The notes below the pieces were generated by a model. It saw only the letters and a program-made list of their open reading frames with translations, was not told the DNA's origin and did not search any database. DNA of 64,000 bases, taken from the sequence record PP400778. One strand, written 5' to 3'. This document shows positions 27,538 through 36,834 of this stretch, in pieces. Origin of the DNA: Escherichia phage FL15. Each line of letters begins with the position of its first letter. The stretch's first letter is position 1. Position numbers and translations under genes: made by a program.

Positions 27538-29646
27538 TTAAAATTTAACATTCTTAACCAGTTTCATAAAGTCTTGTGCGCGTTTGTCGTTATGCAGAAT
27601 ACGATACCAGTTATCTACAATATCATACAGTAACGGGCTATTCTCTTTAAACTTCGCACAAACTGCTTTAATTCGTTCGTTTGCTGCCGTGAATTTTTCA
27701 TCACAGATCTTTTTAGTTTCTTCGTCCATAATCCAACGAGTATGAAGGAGTAACTTGGAAACCTCTTTATTATAATGACGACCGTACAGTCTGTCAATAA
27801 ATTCTGGAACACAGCGTTCTAGTTCATCGTCATGAAACAACATAGTGATCACACCCAGATATTCGCCATACCCCAGATGATTGGTCTTAACCTTCTTAGC
27901 CAGACCAGCCAGCTTACCGCGAACAAATTCTAGCGCACATTCCAATTGTTCGTCAACGAGATATTTTTGTGTCTCGTTACGAGTAATAATATACTTTGTT
28001 ACCCCGAAGTAGTCAAGCGCCGTGTGTAATGTATTTTCACTATAGATCGATTTACGACTACGGCTTTCGAATGCATCACCTACGCGGAACATGTGCAAGC
28101 CGGATAACTCGCGAATCTCTGCCGCTTTCATGTGATGGCTGGTTTTATGCCAACTGTCACCAATCTTTTCCATAATATACACGTTAGGCAGCTTAGGAGT
28201 CGCTTCACGTTGTGTACGCTCGGTCTTCTCCGGTTTAACTGCTTTAGCACGCAGATCATCGGCCTCAGACACTTTAATCACGGTCATTTCAGAATCATCA
28301 TAATACTGTTTGATGTACTCGAAAGTCTCCATATGTTTTTCGTTGCGCTGACGGAACACAAGTACCTTTTTATTGATGCCGTATTCCTGGACCATACCGT
28401 TAAGAGTCAGTGCACGCAGTTTCGGTTTATCGGTATCATCAATAAGACACGTAATATCTTCTTTATGCATCCATACAAAATGCGTAATGTTGTATTGACT
28501 GCTAACGAAAGCAGGGCGCAATTTACTGATTGTGTGACGAGTACGATACAGAGTATACACTTGACCTTCTACGTCATTAGGCGAATCTTTACCCGCATTC
28601 ACAAACTTATTATAGATTGCTACCGGATCGTCCCATTGCCCGACCTTACCCATCTTGCTAATAATATTGCGTTGAGTCGATGAATACTCGCTCATAAATT
28701 GCGCAAGTTTACGCTCTGTTTTAATGTTGGCGATCTTTTCTTTAACCTTTTCCAACATCATTTCATTTATTTCTGCAATACGTTTTTCGATGTTTGCTTT
28801 AGTCTCAATTGACAAGTGAACTTCTTCACGCGATGGCATCAGGTCCAGATCACCCAACTCAAAATTAATGTAAATGGTCTGGTGCTGGCGGTTTACAGCT
28901 TCTAACCATGTTCCGCGAACATATTCATACGGGATCGGATACTGGATCTTACCCATGATTGCATATACTACATAGGAATCGTTATCACGCCCATTGCAAA
29001 CATAATAATTATCAAAGCTAGGGAAATAATTAATTTCGATTGCATTGATATTAGGTTTGTGTTCCCCAAAATGACGAAGTACAAATTGTGCTTCTCGATG
29101 CCATGTCTGAATGTCTTTTTCTTTCACCGGAATAGTGATTTTCAGACCATTGTCTTCATAGGTCGGTTCGTCGAAAATCTGCACCATTTTCGGCATAGAG
29201 TTTTGCACAAATGCCGTAAAGCCATAAGCGCGACCATTGTAATAGTTTACGATTGTAAAGGTGTCAGTGTAGCTATAAGCAGATTTCGCACCTAAACCAA
29301 AAGATCCGATATAATCATTAGTTTGGTCTTTTGTTGATTCAAAGTAAACCGTAAACAGTTGTTCTAATTCTTTCTTAGACGGAATACCCGTACCATAATC
29401 ACGCACAGAGAAATAAGGTTCAATTGCGGTAGGCAAATGAATATCAAACGGACGATCTAAGGTTCCGGCTTCTTTGTGAGTGTCGGTAGCATTGCACGAA
29501 TACTCACGGACGCAAGCACGCTCACAATATTGATAAGTGTTCTTAGAAAGCACCATAAAAGCCTTGCTACTTGCTTTCAGAGAAAAATCAACCTCACCGC
29601 TCAAGTCACTGCCAAATACTTCTTCATTATCAATATGCATTTTCAT
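27538..29646 (-). CDS. rIIA: rIIA protein
   Basis: 702 aa; N-terminal region (GEVDF.LKASSKAF.VLS.N.YQ, SCNA.D.HK.AGTLD.PF..HLP.AIEPY) matches T4 rIIA; adjacent to rIIB. Confidence 0.9.
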   Translation of the reverse strand: MKMHIDNEEVFGSDLSGEVDFSLKASSKAFMVLSKNTYQYCERACVREYSCNATDTHKEAGTLDRPFDIHLPTAIEPYFSVRDYGTGIPSKKELEQLFTVYFESTKDQTNDYIGSFGLGAKSAYSYTDTFTIVNYYNGRAYGFTAFVQNSMPKMVQIFDEPTYEDNGLKITIPVKEKDIQTWHREAQFVLRHFGEHKPNINAIEINYFPSFDNYYVCNGRDNDSYVVYAIMGKIQYPIPYEYVRGTWLEAVNRQHQTIYINFELGDLDLMPSREEVHLSIETKANIEKRIAEINEMMLEKVKEKIANIKTERKLAQFMSEYSSTQRNIISKMGKVGQWDDPVAIYNKFVNAGKDSPNDVEGQVYTLYRTRHTISKLRPAFVSSQYNITHFVWMHKEDITCLIDDTDKPKLRALTLNGMVQEYGINKKVLVFRQRNEKHMETFEYIKQYYDDSEMTVIKVSEADDLRAKAVKPEKTERTQREATPKLPNVYIMEKIGDSWHKTSHHMKAAEIRELSGLHMFRVGDAFESRSRKSIYSENTLHTALDYFGVTKYIITRNETQKYLVDEQLECALEFVRGKLAGLAKKVKTNHLGYGEYLGVITMLFHDDELERCVPEFIDRLYGRHYNKEVSKLLLHTRWIMDEETKKICDEKFTAANERIKAVCAKFKENSPLLYDIVDNWYRILHNDKRAQDFMKLVKNVKF

Positions 29647-29660
29647 AATATAATCCTCAC

Positions 29661-29918
29661 TTAATTAAAATCTTCTTTGTCCATCTCTGCGTAGATTACA
29701 TCCCACGCCCATAAATCAATAAACGAATTATATGTCACGGTGCAATCGTTGTCAATCACTTCTTTCGCATATTTCTTGATGTTTTCGTAGGCAACTTGCG
29801 GATCAATTTTGTGTTTACGAAGGTGTGCATATTCATACCTCAAACATTTCATAAACAGGTCCATCGATTTCTTTTCTCGATGACACTTGGCGATCAGAAA
29901 ATCAAAACTTCGACTCAT
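29661..29918 (-). CDS. hypothetical protein (rIIA.1 position)
   Basis: 85-aa ORF with AAGGAG SD. Confidence 0.5.
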   Translation of the reverse strand: MSRSFDFLIAKCHREKKSMDLFMKCLRYEYAHLRKHKIDPQVAYENIKKYAKEVIDNDCTVTYNSFIDLWAWDVIYAEMDKEDFN

Positions 29919-29928
29919 TTTCTACTCC

Positions 29929-30123
29929 TTATACATTTTCAATCACCCATTGCAGATGGGCTTCTGCGTCAACCAGTTCAGCGCGGCTTTTCTCTAAGCA
30001 CTTGCTGTATTCTTTACGTTCCCAATCAGCAATTTTGTTTTTCAGGACTTCTTCATAGTAAGCAATTACGCCTTTCAGGTCTGAAACTTTACGGCTTGCC
30101 AATTCGATGTAATGGTTACGCAT
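29929..30123 (-). CDS. hypothetical small protein
   Basis: 64-aa ORF with leader TTAGGAGAATCAAAAT. Confidence 0.5.
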   Translation of the reverse strand: MRNHYIELASRKVSDLKGVIAYYEEVLKNKIADWERKEYSKCLEKSRAELVDAEAHLQWVIENV

Positions 30124-30155
30124 TTTGATTCTCCTAAGTGGTATCTCGTTTCGAT

Positions 30156-30191
30156 GGGGACATTATGATATATCCCCGATCCAGTGTCAAC
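30156..30191 (-). promoter_or_regulatory. early promoter cassette with palindrome (PeSL-like)
   Basis: Minus strand TTGACA (30185-30190), 17-nt spacer, CATAAT; palindrome GGGGATATATCATAATGTCCCC encloses the -10. Confidence 0.5.
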
Positions 30192-30199
30192 AACTTTTT

Positions 30200-30499
30200 T
30201 TAATCTTTTTTCAGTGCGTCCATTACTCGCTCTGCGATCAGTTCTCGTAAGCACTGATAACCATGATATTTGATGGCAATGTCACGCAGATCATTAACCA
30301 GTTCCCGTACTTCATGGTCTTTCAGATCGTCTCTGTATTTCGATTTAATCGTATCTTTAGGTGGATTGCGGATAACCTGAAAACCTTGTTCTGCAATCAC
30401 TGCGGCTTCTCGCTGGCGTTCATGCTGTACTGTATTTTTGATCAGGTCTACTTCCATGAACTTTGTCATACTCATCATCATGTTATTCTTTTTGATCAT
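30200..30499 (-). CDS. hypothetical protein
   Basis: 99-aa ORF with GAGGA SD. Confidence 0.5.
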   Translation of the reverse strand: MIKKNNMMMSMTKFMEVDLIKNTVQHERQREAAVIAEQGFQVIRNPPKDTIKSKYRDDLKDHEVRELVNDLRDIAIKYHGYQCLRELIAERVMDALKKD

Positions 30500-30533
30500 T
30501 ATTCAATCCTCATAAAAGAAAAGGGAGACTCCC

Positions 30534-30561
30534 ATTATAGAGAATCTCCCTTGTATGTCAA
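30534..30561 (-). promoter_or_regulatory. sigma70-type early promoter (TTGACA-16-TATAAT)
   Basis: Minus strand TTGACA (30556-30561) and TATAAT (30534-30539) with GGGAGA...TCTCCC inverted repeats around the -10. Confidence 0.5.
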
Positions 30562-31121
30562 CTAAAATTTAAAGATGCAAACTCCCCGTGATGAATTTTT
30601 GCATATTCATCATATGCTCTAGCGGCTTCCTCCTGAGTAGCAAACGATCCTATGTATTTTCTGTATCCGTTTATCCTTATTTGTGCTTGCCACGGTCTTT
30701 TGCTAGATCCTTTGCGATGAGTAACACCATTATATATGCTCGTGCACCCGTCCATTTTCTTTTTATTGTACATGTTTTGTTGTTGTGTTGCCTCCCGTAA
30801 ATTTGGTGGATTGTTGTTTTCTGGATTCCCGTCTATGTGGTCTATTACCTTAACCTGTGTTCCATATTCAAGAAACCAGACAATTCTATGTACAAGATAT
30901 GTAGATGTTCTCTTTTTAACCTTATTGTAAACATCTATTGCCAAATGACCGTAATTTAACTTTTTTGTTTTTACTTTATCACCGACTCGGTAGAAATATC
31001 CCTCTGGTAGACCATTAAAAGACGGACTATTTGTTTTGTGATATAGAACACCTTCCGTGTGTTCAAATCTGCGTTTTAATTCCTCTTGAATTTCAGTATT
31101 CCAAAATTTCGCACTTTTCAT
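30558..31121 (-). CDS. free-standing HNH homing endonuclease with AP2 domain (paralog of 6758-7321)
   Basis: 187 aa; LVHRIVWFLEYGTQVKVIDHIDGNPENNNPPNLREATQQQN and YNGVTH...WQAQIRINGYRKYIGSFATQEEAARAYD; begins 1 nt after the gp39 stop. Confidence 0.8.
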   Translation of the reverse strand: MKSAKFWNTEIQEELKRRFEHTEGVLYHKTNSPSFNGLPEGYFYRVGDKVKTKKLNYGHLAIDVYNKVKKRTSTYLVHRIVWFLEYGTQVKVIDHIDGNPENNNPPNLREATQQQNMYNKKKMDGCTSIYNGVTHRKGSSKRPWQAQIRINGYRKYIGSFATQEEAARAYDEYAKIHHGEFASLNFS

Positions 31122-31122
31122 A

Positions 31123-32946
31123 TTATGACGCCATCCATGCCTTCCTCATGTCTGAATCTTCACTATAGAGCAAATCGAATAGCTCTTTATAGTTTTCCGG
31201 TAACGTGATGATTTCCATTACAGGATCGTTGATCACGCGATGATAATCTGATTCTGTAAGCGATGCTAACCCTTTGATATATCGAATGCTATAACCTTTG
31301 ATATTATCTCGGTCGTTCTCAAAATCTTCTAGGTCATAATACCATCGAACATCATCACCTTTCTTTGGTTCCGCAATGATAATAGGTGTTTTGATAAACC
31401 GGATTCGTCCATATTCGAACAATTCAGGCCAACGAGCAAAGAAAGAGATCAGACTAGGTTTAATAGACCCGATCCCGTCAGTATCAGCGTCGGTCATAAT
31501 CGCAATATTTTTGTATTGCATAACTTCCAATGCATCAACACCAAATTGCAAGCCTGTGATCGCCATGATGTTAAAAATTTCGGCGTTCTTAACGATCTTT
31601 GCCTCCGGTTGTTCCCACGTTGTAAGAGTTTTGCCTCGCAACGGGAAACCTCCATGTAAATCTTGATCACGTACAGAGATCAGATAGTTGATCGCGGAAT
31701 CACCTTCCGTCAAAAACAGGGTAGTTTCTGCGTCAGTTCCAATAAGGTTAGCTTTAACGTGTTTTGCCACCTTAGCCCGTTTCGCTGCCTTTGCTGCCTT
31801 AGTCGCTGCCGCTTTATCTGCTGCCTCTTTGCGTGCCAGGACTACAGCAATAATAGGCATGATAATGTTTTCTTTCTTCGCAATGACTTTAGCCAGCTTT
31901 TTAAAATCCAGATCAATGTGTCGCTTGATATCACCAGTTGGGTTAGTCAAGCGTTCTTTTGTTTGTGAATCAAAACGAAGGTTTGGCAATTCACGAACAA
32001 TAAGAATACAGGTCAATCCAGACTTAACCGCAGCTTTAGTAACATCAACCTTATATTCTTTCTTGATTCGTTTTACAATCTCTTCACAAAGATCATCTGT
32101 CACGTAGTCTACGTGTGTTCCCCCGTTTTTGGTAAACAGACCATTAGCAAAGGATACTGATTTAAAACCTTCTCCCTCGACCGCAGGAACTAGGGCAAGT
32201 GAAAAGTTTTTATCTTCAATGACAAACGGATTATCATTGTATAGTTTAGCATAATCCTTGAACTTACTAACAATACGTTTACCATTAAACTTAAACGTGA
32301 TCTTAGGAAATATTACGCTCAATGATTGCAGACGATCATGAACAATATCTAAAACAGAGTTGTCCATCATATAACCTTCGAAGTGGTCGAAGTCTGGGCA
32401 AAATGTAACCTTTGTTCCCTTCAATTTTGATGGTTTCGATGACCATGTGATATTTTCAGCACCGTTTGTACATTGAACGGTCATTTCTGTTTCGCCGTCA
32501 CAGGTCACACCAGTAAACCAATCGCTAAAGAAATTTGATAACGACGACCCAACACCGTTCATCCCTTGCGTTAATCGATTGGTATCATCAAAGTTAGACC
32601 CTGCTTTTGTTCGTGTCCATGCGGCTACAGGTTGCGGAATCTGCGTACCCTCTGGGGTAGTAACCATATGTTGAGGAATACCGCGACCATTGTCTGTTAC
32701 CGTAACAATATTGTTTTGGATATCGACGCTAATCACATTGGCAAATTCAAAATTAGTGCGAATCGCCTCGTCTACAGAGTTGTCGATGATCTCATCAATG
32801 ATTTTAACCAGTCCAGGAACGTATGAAATTTTTGTCCACTTACCGAACAGGAAACGTTGATGTTCTTCGTAAGTTGTTGATCCTATATACATTCCTGCAC
32901 GCTTAAGGACATGCTCACGATCAGATAAAATGCGAAACTCACTCAT
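31123..32946 (-). CDS. 39: DNA topoisomerase II large subunit, fused gp39+gp60 form
   Basis: 607 aa; GyrB-like ATPase (SDREHV.KRAGMYIGS, IDEIIDNSVDE, DNGRGIP) through TOPRIM (LFLTEGDSA, IMTDADTDG) to the gp60-like C-terminus (WPELFE.GRIRF.KTP, IRYIKGL) in one uninterrupted ORF. Confidence 0.9.
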   Translation of the reverse strand: MSEFRILSDREHVLKRAGMYIGSTTYEEHQRFLFGKWTKISYVPGLVKIIDEIIDNSVDEAIRTNFEFANVISVDIQNNIVTVTDNGRGIPQHMVTTPEGTQIPQPVAAWTRTKAGSNFDDTNRLTQGMNGVGSSLSNFFSDWFTGVTCDGETEMTVQCTNGAENITWSSKPSKLKGTKVTFCPDFDHFEGYMMDNSVLDIVHDRLQSLSVIFPKITFKFNGKRIVSKFKDYAKLYNDNPFVIEDKNFSLALVPAVEGEGFKSVSFANGLFTKNGGTHVDYVTDDLCEEIVKRIKKEYKVDVTKAAVKSGLTCILIVRELPNLRFDSQTKERLTNPTGDIKRHIDLDFKKLAKVIAKKENIIMPIIAVVLARKEAADKAAATKAAKAAKRAKVAKHVKANLIGTDAETTLFLTEGDSAINYLISVRDQDLHGGFPLRGKTLTTWEQPEAKIVKNAEIFNIMAITGLQFGVDALEVMQYKNIAIMTDADTDGIGSIKPSLISFFARWPELFEYGRIRFIKTPIIIAEPKKGDDVRWYYDLEDFENDRDNIKGYSIRYIKGLASLTESDYHRVINDPVMEIITLPENYKELFDLLYSEDSDMRKAWMAS

Positions 32947-33045
32947 TATTAAACCTCTTCATAACATAACCATAACTTACTGCAACCGCCACAAAGACGG
33001 CTGCAACAATCATATTAAAAATTGAGTGATTGTCAAGTATATGAC

Positions 33046-33219
33046 TCATGACACGCGCACATTTTTATCATAGTACCCGCCATTAATCCCGCGCGGGGCA
33101 GTCAATCCCTGTTTGCATTCTTTACCGCATTCAGGGCATTCTGCCTTTTCACGCTCGGAAATTTTGCGGATTTTCTGAAATTGACCGTGTTCTTCACAAG
33201 AATAATCGTATAATGGCAT
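33046..33219 (-). CDS. FmdB-family zinc-ribbon protein
   Basis: 57 aa from ATG 33219: MPLYDYSCEEHGQF...CPECGK with two CxxC pairs; AAGGGG SD. Confidence 0.6.
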   Translation of the reverse strand: MPLYDYSCEEHGQFQKIRKISEREKAECPECGKECKQGLTAPRGINGGYYDKNVRVS

Positions 33220-33220
33220 A

Positions 33221-33889
33221 TTATCCCCTTTGTTTCTTAACTGAATTTGGATCTGGATTTTCTGGTAGGTCTTCCAGACCCATAGCATAACGTTGTGCAT
33301 AGATTAGCATAAGAATATCGCGAGCGCAATCATGAATTGCATCATGTGCGATAAAACCATCTAGCGTACCCATTGGTAACGGACACTCACACATCCCGCG
33401 ATGCATCAATGTACGCTCAATGGCGGTGCGAACATCTCGGATATTCCAGAATCGCACAGGTTCAAGGCTGAACGTCTCTCGTGTATTGTGTGCACGGCGG
33501 ATCATATCAACTAGTAACGGAATATCAAACGCATTACCGCGTGACCACATTACGGATTTAACCGGATCTACCCCTACGGCTTCACAGAATGCGTTAAAAC
33601 GCGCTAAACCTTCTTTAGTTGATACTTCCGTACCATTTGTGATTAATTGCTTTCTCATGCCTTCTGAGGCGGTATTCTTCCACCATTCAACTACACCATG
33701 ATCAAACACCCTTACACCTTTCTGGGAAGGAATATCAAATTTTACCAGAAAGGAATTGTCAACCAGTTCTTTAAATGTAGGTGGGTTGTGCGGATCTTCT
33801 TTAAATCCGATTGCCGCCATATTGATCACCGCCCCATCAGGCGGATAACCTAAACTTTCAAAGTCAATCATTAAATCCACTGGAAGCAT
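33221..33889 (-). CDS. dexA: exonuclease A (DnaQ-like 3'-5' exonuclease)
   Basis: Matches T4 DexA (IDFE..G, KFD..SQKG, WWKN, FD.PLLVD.IR, LEP.RFWN.RD.RT, CPLP.GTLDGF.AHD.IHDCA.DILM..YA.RYAMGLED). Confidence 0.9.
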   Translation of the reverse strand: MLPVDLMIDFESLGYPPDGAVINMAAIGFKEDPHNPPTFKELVDNSFLVKFDIPSQKGVRVFDHGVVEWWKNTASEGMRKQLITNGTEVSTKEGLARFNAFCEAVGVDPVKSVMWSRGNAFDIPLLVDMIRRAHNTRETFSLEPVRFWNIRDVRTAIERTLMHRGMCECPLPMGTLDGFIAHDAIHDCARDILMLIYAQRYAMGLEDLPENPDPNSVKKQRG

Positions 33890-33890
33890 T

Positions 33891-34133
33891 TTAAATATCC
33901 TCCGCGATATGCCGGAACAACTCCAGATCGTTTTTATCCAGAATGAAACCGCTACAATCAATAATCCCGTTACCGTAATTATCGGTTAACAGTCGTTCCG
34001 TTGCCATGTATGCGCGTACTTTGTTGTTAAAATTCATTACATGTTGTGCATAGTCACAATGAATCTTTTGACGGTTCCACGCGACAATTGATTGTAGATG
34101 TATTACATTAGCCACATTATCAATAACAACCAT
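33891..34133 (-). CDS. hypothetical protein
   Basis: 80-aa ORF abutting dexA. Confidence 0.45.
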   Translation of the reverse strand: MVVIDNVANVIHLQSIVAWNRQKIHCDYAQHVMNFNNKVRAYMATERLLTDNYGNGIIDCSGFILDKNDLELFRHIAEDI

Positions 34134-34134
34134 A

Positions 34135-34302
34135 TCAAAACCCTCGCTTAGTGAAATGCTCGATCATTTTATTGATACATGCAGCTTCACTATCGCCGGA
34201 CACGTTCCAGCCGTATAGACCCCATCTAAAGCACATGGTAACAGTTCCATTGTGACGGCTTACCGTCACATCATTAAATTCTGGGATACTTCGCATAATC
34301 AT
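34135..34302 (-). CDS. hypothetical small protein (55 aa)
   Basis: Below the ORF-track cutoff; ATG 34302 with GAGGA SD; exactly fills the gap between dda and the 33891-34133 ORF. Confidence 0.4.
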   Translation of the reverse strand: MIMRSIPEFNDVTVSRHNGTVTMCFRWGLYGWNVSGDSEAACINKMIEHFTKRGF

Positions 34303-34312
34303 AATAATTTCC

Positions 34313-35704
34313 TCAAATATAGTCTACTCGATACCGCGCACGGGTAACACCCACATATAATAACTGCATTGCCAATTCAAAGTCAACATTGTCTGTACAC
34401 ATGCAAGGAGTATACAGGAACACGCGGTCTACGCTGATCCCTTGTGACTTATGAATGGTGCAAGCTGGTAATGCTTTTACATTCAAGAACATACGCTTCA
34501 TCGTCCAGAATGAATCCCAATCTGGTTTAAATTTTGGATTCTCTTTCTTCATTTCGCGATATTGTCCGGCGACCGTATTCAGATAGATAGAGAAAATGTT
34601 CTTCTGACGTTGTTCTGTCAGAATGTTGATTTCTACTAAATCTGGTTTATCTGTAGTGATTCCGACTGCATCTAAACCGACTTTCTGATTTAGGATTTCT
34701 TTGTCTTCGTCATCATCGACGCTTTCCACTTTCAGAGTATATCCTAAAACTGGTTGCGGATCTACCCCCGTGCAACGTAATGTAAATTCACGCGGGATGA
34801 CCTCTTTAACTCGGATCATCTCACCATTGTTAAAAATAACATTGGGAATCTTCTTCCCGCGTTCATCTCGCAGATATTCGATCAATGGTTCCTGAGTAAC
34901 CAGAATTTCATCTACAATCACTGGTTCATCGGTGTTATAAACGCGCTTACGCACAATTTCATTTAGTTTTTCGACGCTCTTGTTAGTGTAGGCCAGAATA
35001 CGGTTTTCTAGAAGGTCTTCCGGCGTTTTAACGGTTTCGAAATAATGCTTCATAAACTCCGGCAGAGTTGAGCTATGGAATACACCCTCGTTACCGCACT
35101 GCTTTTCGAATACCCATTTACCATTACGGACAGCGGTCGCCACATCAATTATTGGCGCATTAGATCGTTTAATCTCTGTAAGTTCTACATTCTGAAACCT
35201 TTCATCGGTGAAGAAAGGAGAGATCGACGTTGCACCGCCCGGATCAACTGGTCGTAACTGGTACAGATCACCCACGGCAATAATAACAATTCGACCGTTG
35301 ATACTCTTCATGAGAATATCAAATAGTTTCTTATCGACCATACTCGCTTCATCAACAATGATGATCTGAACATCATCTAGCTTAGGAGTATCTTTTTGCT
35401 CAAATACTTGAGTATCTTCATAGTTGGTCGGGTTTAGTCGCAGTAGTGCATGTAAAGTAAATGCTTGACGACCTACCGCTTTACTCAAAACTTTTTTAGC
35501 CTGGTGGGTAGGCGTTGCCAAAACCACACCAGTTACACCACGGCGGACCATTTCCTGAACAATGAATTTCATCATTGCGGTTTTACCAGTACCCGCCGCA
35601 CCACGGACAGTTGTATGCTTCTTTTGTTCAATGCGTTTCATTAGAACATCAAAAGCATGTTTTTGCCCGTCTGTTAACATATCGAAAGTTAATACTCTGC
35701 TCAT
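34313..35704 (-). CDS. dda: Dda DNA helicase (SF1)
   Basis: 463 aa; Walker A GAAGTGKT, VDEASMV, EIKRSNAPIIDVATAVRNGKW, TIHKSQG, LYVGVTRAR match T4 Dda. Confidence 0.95.
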   Translation of the reverse strand: MSRVLTFDMLTDGQKHAFDVLMKRIEQKKHTTVRGAAGTGKTAMMKFIVQEMVRRGVTGVVLATPTHQAKKVLSKAVGRQAFTLHALLRLNPTNYEDTQVFEQKDTPKLDDVQIIIVDEASMVDKKLFDILMKSINGRIVIIAVGDLYQLRPVDPGGATSISPFFTDERFQNVELTEIKRSNAPIIDVATAVRNGKWVFEKQCGNEGVFHSSTLPEFMKHYFETVKTPEDLLENRILAYTNKSVEKLNEIVRKRVYNTDEPVIVDEILVTQEPLIEYLRDERGKKIPNVIFNNGEMIRVKEVIPREFTLRCTGVDPQPVLGYTLKVESVDDDEDKEILNQKVGLDAVGITTDKPDLVEINILTEQRQKNIFSIYLNTVAGQYREMKKENPKFKPDWDSFWTMKRMFLNVKALPACTIHKSQGISVDRVFLYTPCMCTDNVDFELAMQLLYVGVTRARYRVDYI

Positions 35705-36018
35705 TATCCTAAAATCCTCACCTTGCGAACACAGATAGTATTGAGTTCTCGCCGTACCCGTTCTTTTTCATATTCAGGAATTTTATATTCGATACCATCC
35801 CGAACAATTTCAGAAGACCGGATTATGCCAAATTTTCGTTTAGGTACAACCTTGTATTTCGGTTCACCCGCCAATAGACTCTCACAATAATCTATCTGAT
35901 CACACATTGACGCTAACGCAGCATCATGTGTTTCGCAAGTTAGGACGCGACCTTTCGCGTCCACTGAGTATTGAAAGAATCCGTCTTTATCACGATAACA
36001 TACAGCAAATACATGCAT
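35704..36018 (-). CDS. hypothetical protein
   Basis: 104-aa ORF. Confidence 0.45.
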   Translation of the reverse strand: MHVFAVCYRDKDGFFQYSVDAKGRVLTCETHDAALASMCDQIDYCESLLAGEPKYKVVPKRKFGIIRSSEIVRDGIEYKIPEYEKERVRRELNTICVRKVRILG

Positions 36019-36773
36019 TATAAACCTACCTTCGCTTTCATCAATTCAATCCACGACGCATCAATCGGAAGCCCGTATTTCACGCGTTCTTTTTGTGCTG
36101 GCGTTAAGTTCTCATACTTAGAAAGAGATTCAATCAAAACGCTGGTATATTTTAGCACGATTTCGGTATTGTTTGCAATAGCCTTAAGTTTTTCTTCTTT
36201 CTTGTTGATTTCGCTAAGTGCTTGCTTGAGATCTGCAATTTTCTGATAACGTTCTTCCATACGGAAGAGAGTATTTTTAATCGCTCGCTCGGCTGCCTCT
36301 GCTTTCTCCGGTTCGTTGTGCTTTTTGTGGCGCTCGATTGCTAATTTCTTTTCTTCGATTGCCATTTCCTGATTTTTGATGCGATTCTCGTTAAGTTCGA
36401 TCCACTCGATGTACTTCGCACGTAGGGCAATTTCATCATCAGAAAGTTTACCGTTAGTTCCTAGTTCTTGGATCTCTTTAAGAGATTCGATAGTGTGATT
36501 GCCACGGAAAGAATTATATTTCAGTTTAACCGGAATTACATTGCCATCAACATATCCCAGATTGCAATCAATGCGCTCTAAGGAGAGTCCGTCATCACCT
36601 TCACCGAAAGCCTCACCTGAATAGGCGCAATGAGTCTGACGGTAAATGTTACGCACAGTGACTAAGCTCATAGAGAAGTCTTTGTTGCGACGTGAAGCGC
36701 CAGCCATGATAGAGTTCAGACGGAAAACAACCAGCGCCAATTCTTCGTTAGATTTAAAAGCAAACAGTTTCAT
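36018..36773 (-). CDS. hypothetical protein with coiled-coil C-terminal half
   Basis: 251-aa ORF, leader AAGGAGAATCAATT; Glu/Lys-rich heptad-like C-terminus; in the T4 srd/mod region but identity not established. Confidence 0.5.
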   Translation of the reverse strand: MKLFAFKSNEELALVVFRLNSIMAGASRRNKDFSMSLVTVRNIYRQTHCAYSGEAFGEGDDGLSLERIDCNLGYVDGNVIPVKLKYNSFRGNHTIESLKEIQELGTNGKLSDDEIALRAKYIEWIELNENRIKNQEMAIEEKKLAIERHKKHNEPEKAEAAERAIKNTLFRMEERYQKIADLKQALSEINKKEEKLKAIANNTEIVLKYTSVLIESLSKYENLTPAQKERVKYGLPIDASWIELMKAKVGL

Positions 36774-36834
36774 AATTGATTCTCCTTAGTTGGTATGGGT
36801 GTATTATTGTCTATCTGGTTTGTGCTGTCAACAC

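Noticed and set aside
28132-28683. 183-aa plus-strand ORF
   Set aside because: Antisense to rIIA; no start-site signals. Shadow ORF.
31123-32946. Looked for a gene-60-type translational bypass (coding gap) in the topoisomerase gene
   Set aside because: Reading frame is continuous through the gp39/gp60 junction; no take-off/landing codon pair or in-frame stop observed.
32940-33049. 36-aa hydrophobic ORF overlapping the 5' end of the topoisomerase gene
   Set aside because: No SD and it overlaps the gp39 start region; insufficient support.
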